IMG/VR virus record: IMGVR_UViG_3300042502_001732
Span: 1 to 64,000 of that record
Source of the DNA: a virus
Reading direction: 5' to 3' (one strand)
Length of the DNA: 64,000 nucleotides
The translations under genes and the position numbers were made by a program. Shown here in pieces: positions 9,738 to 19,038 of this stretch; the first letter of the stretch is position 1, and the number at the start of each line of letters is the position of its first letter. The notes beneath the pieces are model-generated. The model did no database searches and was not told the origin of the DNA. It worked only from the letters and a program-made list of their open reading frames with translations.

Positions 9738-10591
9738 AATTCAATTAATGTTGTTGTAAAATCTAAAAATTTTTGAGTAAGTTTCCCACCAGAAGAATTC
9801 ACACTTCCTCCTCCGTTGCAAAGATTCTCTGCCATGAATTTTATATCAGCTGATGAGTTTCTTTTCTTTCTAAAAGAAACAAACTGAGTATTAACATTTA
9901 CTATGATTGCAATTTCATAATCATAATTATCTAATAACGAATTGGCTATTTCATTAGCGCTTCCTTTAGCAAAGGTAGCAATTACACTGTGACCTTTGTA
10001 CTCTCCTTGATATAAAAATAAATTCTCAAGTTCAGAATTTAAATCTTTATAAAATGATGATGATAATCTTAATTCAGATTCTGACAACTCTTGATAACCA
10101 GACCAGAACTTGTTTACAAAGTTATAAAATCTATTATTTCCGCTCTTTCTAAAAAGACCATTTAATATTTTAGCCTCTCTTGTTTTTAATTCATAACTAT
10201 TGTAATCATCTACATAAACTATTAATTTTTTAAGGTCTGATGAAAATTCAAATTTATCTTTAAATTTTTTGTATAATAGTTTCGTACATGATGTTGTATC
10301 GTCATCTATCAATGTAGAATCATACACCTTTATATTTTCTTTTTTATCAGAAATAATAATAACTTTTTTATCATCAATTTTATTAATGGTATTTTGATCT
10401 AATGGAATTCCAACTATGAATATTTTATCATATTTATTCGAATTCTCATTGAACCATTCTGTGTATTTCTTTTCAAAGTCTCCGAAAAATACACATTGAT
10501 AATCAAAATTGGATTTAGCAAACGCATTACCCAAAATAATAGTAGATGCAACTCCATCTAAATCACAGTTTGTCCATAAAAATACATTCAT
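9734..10591 (-). CDS. DHH/DHHA1-fold phosphoesterase-like protein with degenerate active site
   Basis: DLDG motif I and SFR...GGG DHHA1 motif retained; DHH appears as DKK and GGGH as GGGS. Confidence 0.7.
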   Translation of the reverse strand: MNVFLWTNCDLDGVASTIILGNAFAKSNFDYQCVFFGDFEKKYTEWFNENSNKYDKIFIVGIPLDQNTINKIDDKKVIIISDKKENIKVYDSTLIDDDTTSCTKLLYKKFKDKFEFSSDLKKLIVYVDDYNSYELKTREAKILNGLFRKSGNNRFYNFVNKFWSGYQELSESELRLSSSFYKDLNSELENLFLYQGEYKGHSVIATFAKGSANEIANSLLDNYDYEIAIIVNVNTQFVSFRKKRNSSADIKFMAENLCNGGGSVNSSGGKLTQKFLDFTTTLIEL

Positions 10592-10608
10592 GTATTATAT
10601 GATTTAAT

Positions 10609-11925
10609 TTAATTTGCAAATTTTTCAAGTAATGAAAGATCTTCTTCGTTGATCATTTCTTCTTCTTCATCAGATTGAACGATACTCAATGTAGAATAAT
10701 CAATTTTCATGGGTTGAACCATTCCTCTCGGACCGTATCTATTTTTCATCATGCCCAATCTAATCAATCCCAATTCTTGATCTTCTTCATTTTGGAAAAT
10801 AGATACAATAACATCAGCGGTGGCTGCTAATCCTACAGATTCTGAAATTGTAGCCAAATCTGGATTGTCAGTATTGAAACCTGACTTGTTAAGCTGTGTA
10901 GCACTAATAATAGGACATTTAAATATATAACTCATAGCACGAACCTGCTCACATATGTATTTCACACGTTCATAAGAATTAGAACCTATAGTGGAATGAA
11001 GCAAGTTAACATAATCTATAACAATAGCATCTACTTTCTCGCCAGAATCTTGGAATTTTTTGACAAATGCTGTGAGTTGTTTCGGAGTAACTGTACTAGG
11101 AGGAAATTCTTTAATAAAAATTTTACTCTTTGGAAATTTCTCTTTCTCAGATTTCAAAAAATGCTGTAAAGATTTACAAGAAGATTGAAATTCTTTAAGT
11201 GGAATTTTTGTTATATTTGAACATATTCTTTTTGCATATAACATTTCACTCATTTCAAGTGAAATGACAAGAACTGTTTTATTTTGTTTAGCAATGTTTG
11301 CTGCTATATTACCAAGAAATATACTCTTGCCGATGTTTGTCTGTCCAGCGAAAATATATAATGATTTCCCATCTTCTCTAAATCCTCCACCCAATGCATT
11401 ATCTAACCACTCCCACTTTGATGGAATTGTTTTTTCAATATTTGTAATATCGTCAATGATACGATCAGAATCTGAGAATATTTCTAATCCATTGTCAGTT
11501 ACTAATTTAATATTGCATGATTTTTCAAACTGCTCAAGTATATTTGATGTGTCTACAACACCATCAGATACATCATTTGCAACTTTTAATAAAGTGTGAT
11601 ATACACTCTTCTCTTTTAAGAAAATTTCAGTGTTTTCATATAGTTCATCAATATCTAAATTTTTATCTAGATCTTTAAAAGATGCTATGAGTTGTTTAAA
11701 TCCTTCTTTCAGAGAATCTTCAACTAAGTATGACTTAATTTCCGTCATACTTGGCAATTTTTGCCTTTTATCGTAAAAATTTCTAACTATTTCAAAATAT
11801 TTCGAAATTCTTTTGTCTTCAAAATATTCGGGATTTATATAATCTGCAATTGCATTTAAATAAGTTGCATCAATTAAGCATTGTCTCGCTAATATTTTTT
11901 CAAAATGTTCTAAATCAAGATTCAT
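10609..11925 (-). CDS. 41: Replicative DnaB-like helicase (gp41)
   Basis: Walker A GQTNIGKS, SLEMSE, IDYVNL, SATQLN, KNRYG. Confidence 0.95.
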   Translation of the reverse strand: MNLDLEHFEKILARQCLIDATYLNAIADYINPEYFEDKRISKYFEIVRNFYDKRQKLPSMTEIKSYLVEDSLKEGFKQLIASFKDLDKNLDIDELYENTEIFLKEKSVYHTLLKVANDVSDGVVDTSNILEQFEKSCNIKLVTDNGLEIFSDSDRIIDDITNIEKTIPSKWEWLDNALGGGFREDGKSLYIFAGQTNIGKSIFLGNIAANIAKQNKTVLVISLEMSEMLYAKRICSNITKIPLKEFQSSCKSLQHFLKSEKEKFPKSKIFIKEFPPSTVTPKQLTAFVKKFQDSGEKVDAIVIDYVNLLHSTIGSNSYERVKYICEQVRAMSYIFKCPIISATQLNKSGFNTDNPDLATISESVGLAATADVIVSIFQNEEDQELGLIRLGMMKNRYGPRGMVQPMKIDYSTLSIVQSDEEEEMINEEDLSLLEKFAN

Positions 11926-12577
11926 ATTTGTTCAAAAACCACTTTTCGGCTGCTTTCCACTCATCTGTAAACTCTTTTAATCCTGGAGATTCATGATTTA
12001 TATAGATATCTCCAACACCAACCTTATGACCCATATTATGGCAATTTAAAGAAAAGTCAAGATCATAAAAATGAGCCTTCGCTGGATTTGTAATATCAAA
12101 TCTTGCAGTTTCAATCACTTTACGATTCATTGCCATGAAAACACCATCCAACATAACCACTCTATGTGGATATGGTCCAAAACTTGTCATATTTTTAATC
12201 GTTTCGTTTCCATGCGCTACCGCACCATGGAGATTTCCTCCTCCAAACCCACCGCCCATGATGTGCCATAATGCTGGACTTTTTAAGTTTATTTGAGATG
12301 TTCCAGCCACTCCAATCAAATCATATTTTTCAAATAATTTTATTAGTTTTGGAGTGGGGTCATATTCTAACCAAATATCATCATGAGCTAATACCAAAGC
12401 GTCCCAATCTTCTTCTAATGCCTTATCTATGGCTTTATTATACGCCTTTGGTAATCCTTCACTATTGTTTAAATCAAAAGCTATATTTATATCTAAATTT
12501 ATTTCTTTTATGCTTTTTAATAAAGCGGTATCTTTAGGGTCGGTTTTTCTTGTCGCTGAAAAGAACGCAATTCTCAT
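11915..12577 (-). CDS. GT-A glycosyltransferase-like protein
   Basis: GLPKAYN, AHDD, GVAG, LDGVFMA, HFYDLDFSL, HESPG. Confidence 0.75.
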   Translation of the reverse strand: MRIAFFSATRKTDPKDTALLKSIKEINLDINIAFDLNNSEGLPKAYNKAIDKALEEDWDALVLAHDDIWLEYDPTPKLIKLFEKYDLIGVAGTSQINLKSPALWHIMGGGFGGGNLHGAVAHGNETIKNMTSFGPYPHRVVMLDGVFMAMNRKVIETARFDITNPAKAHFYDLDFSLNCHNMGHKVGVGDIYINHESPGLKEFTDEWKAAEKWFLNKYES

Positions 12578-12583
12578 ATTTAA

Positions 12584-12611
12584 ACGATATCAGATCTATT
12601 TAATTTGTCAA
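12584..12611 (-). promoter_or_regulatory. Sigma70-type promoter for the GT-helicase operon
   Basis: TTGACA-N16-TATCGT, 6 nt before ATG 12577. Confidence 0.65.
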
Positions 12612-12616
12612 TTTGC

Positions 12617-12622
12617 TAAATA
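12617..12622 (+). promoter_or_regulatory. Late promoter core TAAATA
   Basis: 5 nt before ATG 12628. Confidence 0.6.
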
Positions 12623-12627
12623 TATTC

Positions 12628-14463
12628 ATGAATTTGTTTAATTTTGAATATTTTACAGAAAGAGCTGAAATATTGACTGAAATGGCAAGACCATTTGTAT
12701 TGTTTGGTGCTGGAACACCAGCTAATGTGAAATATAAAGAATTAATGAATCAATTAGTTCAAGAATATCCAGGAAAACCTCCCACATCATATAGAATAAC
12801 ATTAGATAAGTATTTTCTAGACAAATTTAATGAAAAGTTTGAAATTTATAAATTTTCAAAGCAAGATTTATCAGATTATATAGAATCTAATTTAAGAAAT
12901 ATAGCTTCCGTAATGTTTGATGATGAAAATGCTTTAGATTTGACCGATGAAGAGATGCAAAGCTTTGAATTGAATTCAGATTCATCATTGGAAGGTGATA
13001 TTTTATATCATTTTGAAAAGAAATTGGATAAAAATGATTATAAAGCATTTAATAAGAATTTTTCAACTATGGTTAGAAACAACAATAAGTTGAAAATGTC
13101 TTTAAAAATGATCAAATCATTGATTGCAGAAGATGAAAATGAATATGTGTTGAGTGGAAATGAAATTGTCAGGTATGAATCCGACGGTTTAAGTGATGCA
13201 TCTGCATCCAGATCTACTTTAGAAAAAGTTTCAAGTGAAAATAAAGAACAATTTAATAATTCCGATTTTATAAACTCACTAAATTCAGAAGAGGCAATTT
13301 CTTATGCTGAAACCGCTTCAGAAAGATCAATAAGATCCAAGGGAATGGAAAAAGCCAGAGTGGAAACCACTGGTATAAAATTTAAAGATTTTTCTCAACT
13401 TGAAAATTATTTAAAACCTACTTTAAAACAATTGAATCGTGATATGCACACACGAAACATAAGTATTGGAAGAGGTGGAAAAGGAGGAACAAAAGCAGAA
13501 TCAGAAACAGTAGATTCTCAAGGATCTGATATTGGATTACCATTTTCTACTTTATATATAGATAACATTTTAGATATTTTATCTATATTGATATCAGAAA
13601 GAAAAAAATTACCAACAGAAACATCCAATGATATATGGGGTAAAAGAGATCAACAACTCGGATCATCTAATATTTCAATAAAGCCACAATATTTAAATTA
13701 TGAAATTTCTATTCCATCACAATTATTAAAATCATTCTCTGCTAAAGAAATTGAAGACATATATTTAGGATTTGAAAAAACATATGATAATTTCGAAAAT
13801 AAACAATTAGAATATACTGAAGATGATTTATCAAAAACTATAAACAAATTTAAAGATTCTCTTCCCAAATTATCAAATCTTTTAGAATTTTTCAAAACAT
13901 CATTATCTGGAATCGAAAAACAAAAAGATGAAATTGAACAAGATCAATCTTTCATAGGATATGATGATGATTTAGTTAGAAAATATTTTCCAGATACTGA
14001 AAGTGAAGAATTTAAAAATTTCACAAACTGGTATACAGCTAAAACAAAGTATGAAGAAAAATTAAAGAATGATCTTTTGGAAAGAATATTCAATTATCTT
14101 TCTAGTATGAAGGAAAAAGAATCACCAGACTCTGTTGAGAATGAATTTAAAGGAACTGATTCCGATTTAATGAAAAAATTACAAACTTATGAAAATAAAG
14201 TTAGAAGTTTAGAAAAAGCATACAAATATAGACCAACTGATCAATTAAAATCCGAAATAGATAATTTAAAAGAGATTATAGATTCAATTAAATCCAAGTA
14301 TAACATAGAAGAACCACAACAAGATGAAGAAGAATTAGCGGTCATGGATTATATGACAGAACAAGTTAAAAAAGATAAATTATTAAATTCAAAAGGACAG
14401 TTTGTTGAAAAAATGAACAAAAAACCATTAAACTATTGGCACTGGAGTCAAATAAATGGATAA
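12628..14463 (+). CDS. Large acidic hypothetical late protein (candidate internal head/ejection protein)
   Basis: Lone plus-strand gene in the replication block; TAAATA 12617-12622 lies 5 nt before ATG 12628. Confidence 0.65.
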   Translation: MNLFNFEYFTERAEILTEMARPFVLFGAGTPANVKYKELMNQLVQEYPGKPPTSYRITLDKYFLDKFNEKFEIYKFSKQDLSDYIESNLRNIASVMFDDENALDLTDEEMQSFELNSDSSLEGDILYHFEKKLDKNDYKAFNKNFSTMVRNNNKLKMSLKMIKSLIAEDENEYVLSGNEIVRYESDGLSDASASRSTLEKVSSENKEQFNNSDFINSLNSEEAISYAETASERSIRSKGMEKARVETTGIKFKDFSQLENYLKPTLKQLNRDMHTRNISIGRGGKGGTKAESETVDSQGSDIGLPFSTLYIDNILDILSILISERKKLPTETSNDIWGKRDQQLGSSNISIKPQYLNYEISIPSQLLKSFSAKEIEDIYLGFEKTYDNFENKQLEYTEDDLSKTINKFKDSLPKLSNLLEFFKTSLSGIEKQKDEIEQDQSFIGYDDDLVRKYFPDTESEEFKNFTNWYTAKTKYEEKLKNDLLERIFNYLSSMKEKESPDSVENEFKGTDSDLMKKLQTYENKVRSLEKAYKYRPTDQLKSEIDNLKEIIDSIKSKYNIEEPQQDEEELAVMDYMTEQVKKDKLLNSKGQFVEKMNKKPLNYWHWSQING

Positions 14464-14466
14464 AAT

Positions 14467-14491
14467 AAAACCCCGCTTTCGCGGGGTTTTT
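14467..14491. terminator. Bidirectional rho-independent terminator
   Basis: AAAA-CCCCGC-TTTC-GCGGGG-TTTTT between convergent genes. Confidence 0.9.
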
Positions 14492-14495
14492 GTTA

Positions 14496-15623
14496 TTAAT
14501 CTTCTAATATCTCATCTTCATCTTCTTCAATTTCTTCTAAAGGAGGTTCTCCAACTTTATTACCATATGACCATTCTTGTTTTAAACGAGATTCAAGTTC
14601 TGGAAGAAGTTTATCCCATACAGATTGATCCTTTCTCCATGATTTATAAAATCCCAACTTTTCACCATTCCAGTCTGTATATGTAGATCCATTGGAAACT
14701 ACAACCCCCATTTCTTTCATGATATCAAGTAGACCATGATGTTTGTCCAAACCTGTGGCGAATGAAAGATACATCTCACCTTCAAGATATTGCTTGATAA
14801 AGCGATTTTTAACAGTGAGTGCTCTAATAATAACACCAGAGTAACTTTTCTGTCCAGCTGCTTTTGTATCCTCAATTGTTTTACCTCCATCATCTTTAAC
14901 TGGCTTTCTAGCTAATTGAACCGTTACAGAAGGTAAATAAATTGCAGCTTTGCCACCAGCAATATCTTTTTCAAGAGTTGGATACATTTGACCAGGATTA
15001 TCATAAACATGATTTGTCATCAAAATAGGAGTCTTGGTCAGTGTTGACATGTTTGTACATGTTTTCAACAAACTCTTGATACTTTTAGCAAAAGTTCCCA
15101 TATCAGAAGAAGTATTTTCTTTATCCATTCTACTGATTTCCAATTCACTTTGCAGGTTAGCCAAAGAATCAATTGCAATAATGAACTTGCCTTCTAATCC
15201 TTTTTCTTTTACTGATTTTAAAAGTTTGTAAATTGAATTTCTTGTATTTTCAGCAGTTTGAACATTTACTTTTTTTACTTTAGTGGTATCAAGACCCATT
15301 TTAGATGCGGTTTCGTCATCAATAGCACCCTCTGTATCATAAATTACAACTTGCATTCCTTTTTTTTGAGCGTTTGCTAAGATTTTAAGAATAAAACCTG
15401 TTTTAAATGTCTGACTTGGACCTACGAATTGTGTTACGCGACCTCTTGGAACACCACCATACAATGAACCAGAGATCAGCCCATTCAGCACCATCGATCC
15501 AGTGTCAATCCAATCATCAATTCCAGTTAACTTACTGTCACTTAGATATGATGAGTATGGTGTAATGTCATCAATGCTGCTCAATACATCATCAATGTCT
15601 TTTTGACTGCTGTTTTTTGCCAT
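14496..15623 (-). CDS. uvsX: RecA-like recombinase UvsX
   Basis: DTGSMVLN, GPSQTFKT, YDTEGA, IDSLANL, GGKA, KNRF. Confidence 0.95.
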   Translation of the reverse strand: MAKNSSQKDIDDVLSSIDDITPYSSYLSDSKLTGIDDWIDTGSMVLNGLISGSLYGGVPRGRVTQFVGPSQTFKTGFILKILANAQKKGMQVVIYDTEGAIDDETASKMGLDTTKVKKVNVQTAENTRNSIYKLLKSVKEKGLEGKFIIAIDSLANLQSELEISRMDKENTSSDMGTFAKSIKSLLKTCTNMSTLTKTPILMTNHVYDNPGQMYPTLEKDIAGGKAAIYLPSVTVQLARKPVKDDGGKTIEDTKAAGQKSYSGVIIRALTVKNRFIKQYLEGEMYLSFATGLDKHHGLLDIMKEMGVVVSNGSTYTDWNGEKLGFYKSWRKDQSVWDKLLPELESRLKQEWSYGNKVGEPPLEEIEEDEDEILED

Positions 15624-15624
15624 A

Positions 15625-15969
15625 TTACAGATCGTTAATAGAGATTACTTTAGGTGAATTTTGAGCAACTGTGTCTTGAGGGGTATTAATCTTTTGGTAT
15701 TGAGAAACGATGCGATCATCTAGTTCAACATCTGAAATAGCGACGTTCGATTTAGTATATGTCCAAATATTCTTGTCACGGCTTTCTTTACTGATAAATT
15801 CAAAAAAGAATAGAGGAAATGTTTGGACTTGAAGTTGACCAGATGGTTCTGGTTGAACATGAATAATAACAGGATTATTAATACTAACGGTAGCTGCATC
15901 TTCAGATGCTAACACACCCATGATTGTTCTTCCGATTTGGTCTTGGATTACGATATGTTTTTCTTTCAT
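15625..15969 (-). CDS. Hypothetical protein (possible Sm-like beta fold)
   Basis: 114 aa, beta-rich GRTIMG...INNPVII; own promoter. Confidence 0.55.
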   Translation of the reverse strand: MKEKHIVIQDQIGRTIMGVLASEDAATVSINNPVIIHVQPEPSGQLQVQTFPLFFFEFISKESRDKNIWTYTKSNVAISDVELDDRIVSQYQKINTPQDTVAQNSPKVISINDL

Positions 15970-15976
15970 ATGATTT

Positions 15977-16004
15977 AATTTACCATATCTTATTCTGAAG
16001 TCAA
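15977..16004 (-). promoter_or_regulatory. Sigma70-type promoter
   Basis: TTGACT-N16-TAAATT, 7 nt before ATG 15969. Confidence 0.6.
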
Positions 16005-16412
16005 CATCTTTCGATGTTCTTTTAAAATTTTATTAAATGCTTTTCCGACATTGTGTTTTTTAGAAGCTAATAATATAAAATGTTTCATTAAAGATTCGAA
16101 CGTTTTTATAATTAAGTTATGTTTTTGTGAAAATTCTTTAATTTTAGTATATTTTTTTCCAAAAATAATATCTTCAAATATTTCTAATGTATACTCCATA
16201 TTTTCAGAAGAAATATTTTCAATTTTCTTTTCAATAATTTGAACTTTCACAGGCTTTTGTTTTTTAACTTGTAATATTTTTAAACGTAATTCTTCCATTT
16301 TTGGATTTATAAATGGAGTATCATTTACACCTTGCAATGCATTTGATAGTTTTTGATATGCTTCATTTTCAGCAACATCTAAACCTTTATTGTAAGCTTC
16401 TTGTGGGGTCAT
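15990..16412 (-). CDS. Hypothetical protein
   Basis: 140-aa ORF directly downstream of the polymerase. Confidence 0.6.
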   Translation of the reverse strand: MTPQEAYNKGLDVAENEAYQKLSNALQGVNDTPFINPKMEELRLKILQVKKQKPVKVQIIEKKIENISSENMEYTLEIFEDIIFGKKYTKIKEFSQKHNLIIKTFESLMKHFILLASKKHNVGKAFNKILKEHRKMLTSE

Positions 16413-16414
16413 GA

Positions 16415-19003
16415 TTAATCTTCTGAAAATAAATCTAATAAATCAACTTTAACATTTTCATTTGGTTTTCTTAAAATCCAACCAACCGCTTCATAAAAAA
16501 AATCAATATTTCTATACATTAAATTTTCAAACATTTTTTCATAATCGATTTCAAATTCTTTTTTAAATTCTTCAGGATAATTACCACCATATCCAACAAC
16601 GTCAATATTATATCTGTTTGGCTTTTTAACATTGATATATTTTATTTTATCACCTTGTTTTAATTTTGGATATTTTCCCGATATTCCAAGCTTTTCAAGT
16701 AATACATTGTGATAATGAGCAGCCTTCATGTGCTCTTGCATTCCTTTAGCTATTTGATTAAATCCATCACAATCAGAACTATACTTATCAAATGTATTGA
16801 TTCCACTTATTCTGGATACCATTTCATAAGGTAATGTTTTGAAAGTCTCATATGCTTGGTTAAAAAGATCATCAGCAATATTTTTTCTTTTATCAATTAT
16901 CATGCTTTCTATGATTTCCTTCAAGTATGGTTTGAGTTTTTTAGGCATTGTAGTTTTAACTACTGACACACCTTTGTATTTAAATTTATCTACTTTAAAG
17001 CCTTCATCATCAATCATGTGAAGTACGTAATATTTTTTCTTTAAGAAAATTCCAGAATCGCATATCGTTTCTCTTTTAAAGACAAAACGAGGATCTAAAC
17101 TTTTCAATTCATTCTTTGCCCAGTTTGTCATTTCTGTGTTTATATAATTTTCAATATAATCACAGAAATTTAAAAAATCGGGATTGATCTCATCGTTTTT
17201 GTAAATTGGTATTCCTTTCTTATCTAAACATTTTAAAGAAACATATAAACTATCTGTATCATTGTATATGATAGAATCGTTCAATTCACATTGAGTTAAT
17301 TCTGGATATTTTTCAATTAATGATTTTTGAAAAACGTCATTTGAACTTTTAATAACAGCCTGTCCAGTTAGCGTTACTGAGGATGCAATATCATCATCTC
17401 CCATAGGGGCATATGCATTTCCCATATAACCATACAATGAATTCAAATTAATTTTGTACGCATATTGAATAGAATCATATCTATTTTGTTCAGATTGAAT
17501 AAACTCTCTTTCTTTTTTAGAAAGATTTTTATCTTCTTTCAATTTAGTTTTACAATCTTTCATCGCTTTTTGCATTTTCTTTCGTTCGGAATACAACCAA
17601 TCTAGATATTCGGGAACAATGCCTTTTCGTTTTTGAGAGAACAAAAATCCAGCTTTCGTAAATGCTATTTTTTCAGCAGCTATATAATTTTCGAATTTTT
17701 CCTTATCGAATTCATACACTCTACCAGTCACATGATATATCTTGTATGTGTTTTCAAATTCTTCATATCTTCCAATTTTTGTTTCTGGAGAAAGATTCAA
17801 AGAAATCATAACACTTGGATATAGAGAGTTGGCATCGAAACTTACCAAGTTCTCAGAAAGCCCTCTTTTCGGCTCTCTAACATATGCTCCTGGGTTTTTA
17901 CCATTTTTTATAGGTCTTATGAAGGTTGGTATTCTTTGATTTCTTTTTCTCGCTTGTACAGCCAAAGCTCCATTCATAATAGGAACTGTATCGATAGCCT
18001 TTTCAATATTAGTCAATCCAATATTTGCAAGGAATCTTAAAGTTTTCATATATCTCAATTCATCATCCAACCTTACAAGAAGTTCAACGTCGAGAATGTT
18101 ATAGTCCACAAAGGTTTTCCAATCTTTAATTGACAACTCCCACAATTGCCCTTCATATTCTATTTTATTTTTACCAAGCTCGACTTCAGCAATGTAATCT
18201 AACTTATACGATTCTTGCTTATCTAATTTAAACTTTTGATAAAGTACCATATAATCAACTGATGATACTCCTTCGATTACAATTTGAACAGGCGGCTCTC
18301 CAAATTTAATTCTTTTTTTAACTTTTTCATATATACGTCCTATTGGAGATAATCTCTTTTGCCATTCTTCATCTAATACAACAGCAATTCGATTTACCAA
18401 ATAAGGCATATCAAAACCAGAACTATTCCATCCAGATACAACGTCTGGATAATCATTTTCCCAAAATTTAATAAATGTTTTTAATAAAATTTCTTCACTT
18501 TTACAATGAATATATTTTATTTTTTTATCTGTAATGTGAGAAGCATCAAAAGGTTTCAATCCAAATGTCACATAACGTTCTCTTATAGAATCATAACATG
18601 TTATTAGGTTGATGATATCTTCTGGATTTTGAATATCTGGAAATTTTCCTTTGTTACTGAAAGTTTCAATATCTATAAACATTACTTTAAGAGGAAATTT
18701 GGAAAAATCCTCATCAGTATTTTGATGCCAATAATTATCAATTAAAAATTGCTGGGCTGGTGGTAAATTTTCAAAAACTCTTTTTATATTAGAATCTTTT
18801 AAAAATTTATTTCTTTCAAACCCAGAATCAAATTCTTTTTTTGTTAATTTGGTTTTGAATATGCTTTCTTCTTCCCCGTTGACCTTTTCCAGTAAAAGAT
18901 ATGGATTAAAATCCAAATCATACTTCACACGATTTCCATCGACATCCCAAGAAAACAAATGGACGCATCTTTCTTTATTGTTGTAAACGCAGTTTCTGTA
19001 CAC
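16415..19003 (-). CDS. 43: Family B DNA polymerase (gp43)
   Basis: Exo DIET and GWNSSGFD, YNILDV; Pol SFDANSLYPS, KINLNSLYG, YNDTDS; GTG start; no intein evident. Confidence 0.97.
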   Translation of the reverse strand: MYRNCVYNNKERCVHLFSWDVDGNRVKYDLDFNPYLLLEKVNGEEESIFKTKLTKKEFDSGFERNKFLKDSNIKRVFENLPPAQQFLIDNYWHQNTDEDFSKFPLKVMFIDIETFSNKGKFPDIQNPEDIINLITCYDSIRERYVTFGLKPFDASHITDKKIKYIHCKSEEILLKTFIKFWENDYPDVVSGWNSSGFDMPYLVNRIAVVLDEEWQKRLSPIGRIYEKVKKRIKFGEPPVQIVIEGVSSVDYMVLYQKFKLDKQESYKLDYIAEVELGKNKIEYEGQLWELSIKDWKTFVDYNILDVELLVRLDDELRYMKTLRFLANIGLTNIEKAIDTVPIMNGALAVQARKRNQRIPTFIRPIKNGKNPGAYVREPKRGLSENLVSFDANSLYPSVMISLNLSPETKIGRYEEFENTYKIYHVTGRVYEFDKEKFENYIAAEKIAFTKAGFLFSQKRKGIVPEYLDWLYSERKKMQKAMKDCKTKLKEDKNLSKKEREFIQSEQNRYDSIQYAYKINLNSLYGYMGNAYAPMGDDDIASSVTLTGQAVIKSSNDVFQKSLIEKYPELTQCELNDSIIYNDTDSLYVSLKCLDKKGIPIYKNDEINPDFLNFCDYIENYINTEMTNWAKNELKSLDPRFVFKRETICDSGIFLKKKYYVLHMIDDEGFKVDKFKYKGVSVVKTTMPKKLKPYLKEIIESMIIDKRKNIADDLFNQAYETFKTLPYEMVSRISGINTFDKYSSDCDGFNQIAKGMQEHMKAAHYHNVLLEKLGISGKYPKLKQGDKIKYINVKKPNRYNIDVVGYGGNYPEEFKKEFEIDYEKMFENLMYRNIDFFYEAVGWILRKPNENVKVDLLDLFSED

Positions 19004-19010
19004 TACAACA

Positions 19011-19038
19011 AGTAAAACACGTTTTTCGAAATTGTCAA
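19011..19038 (-). promoter_or_regulatory. Sigma70-type promoter for DNA polymerase
   Basis: TTGACA-N16-TTTACT, 7 nt before GTG 19003. Confidence 0.55.

Noticed and set aside
14456-14686. 76-aa plus-strand ORF
   Set aside because: Runs through the terminator and antisense to uvsX; no independent support.
16415-19003. Intein or intron in the DNA polymerase or other core genes
   Set aside because: Lengths and motif spacing are normal; no splicing motifs or split ORFs.
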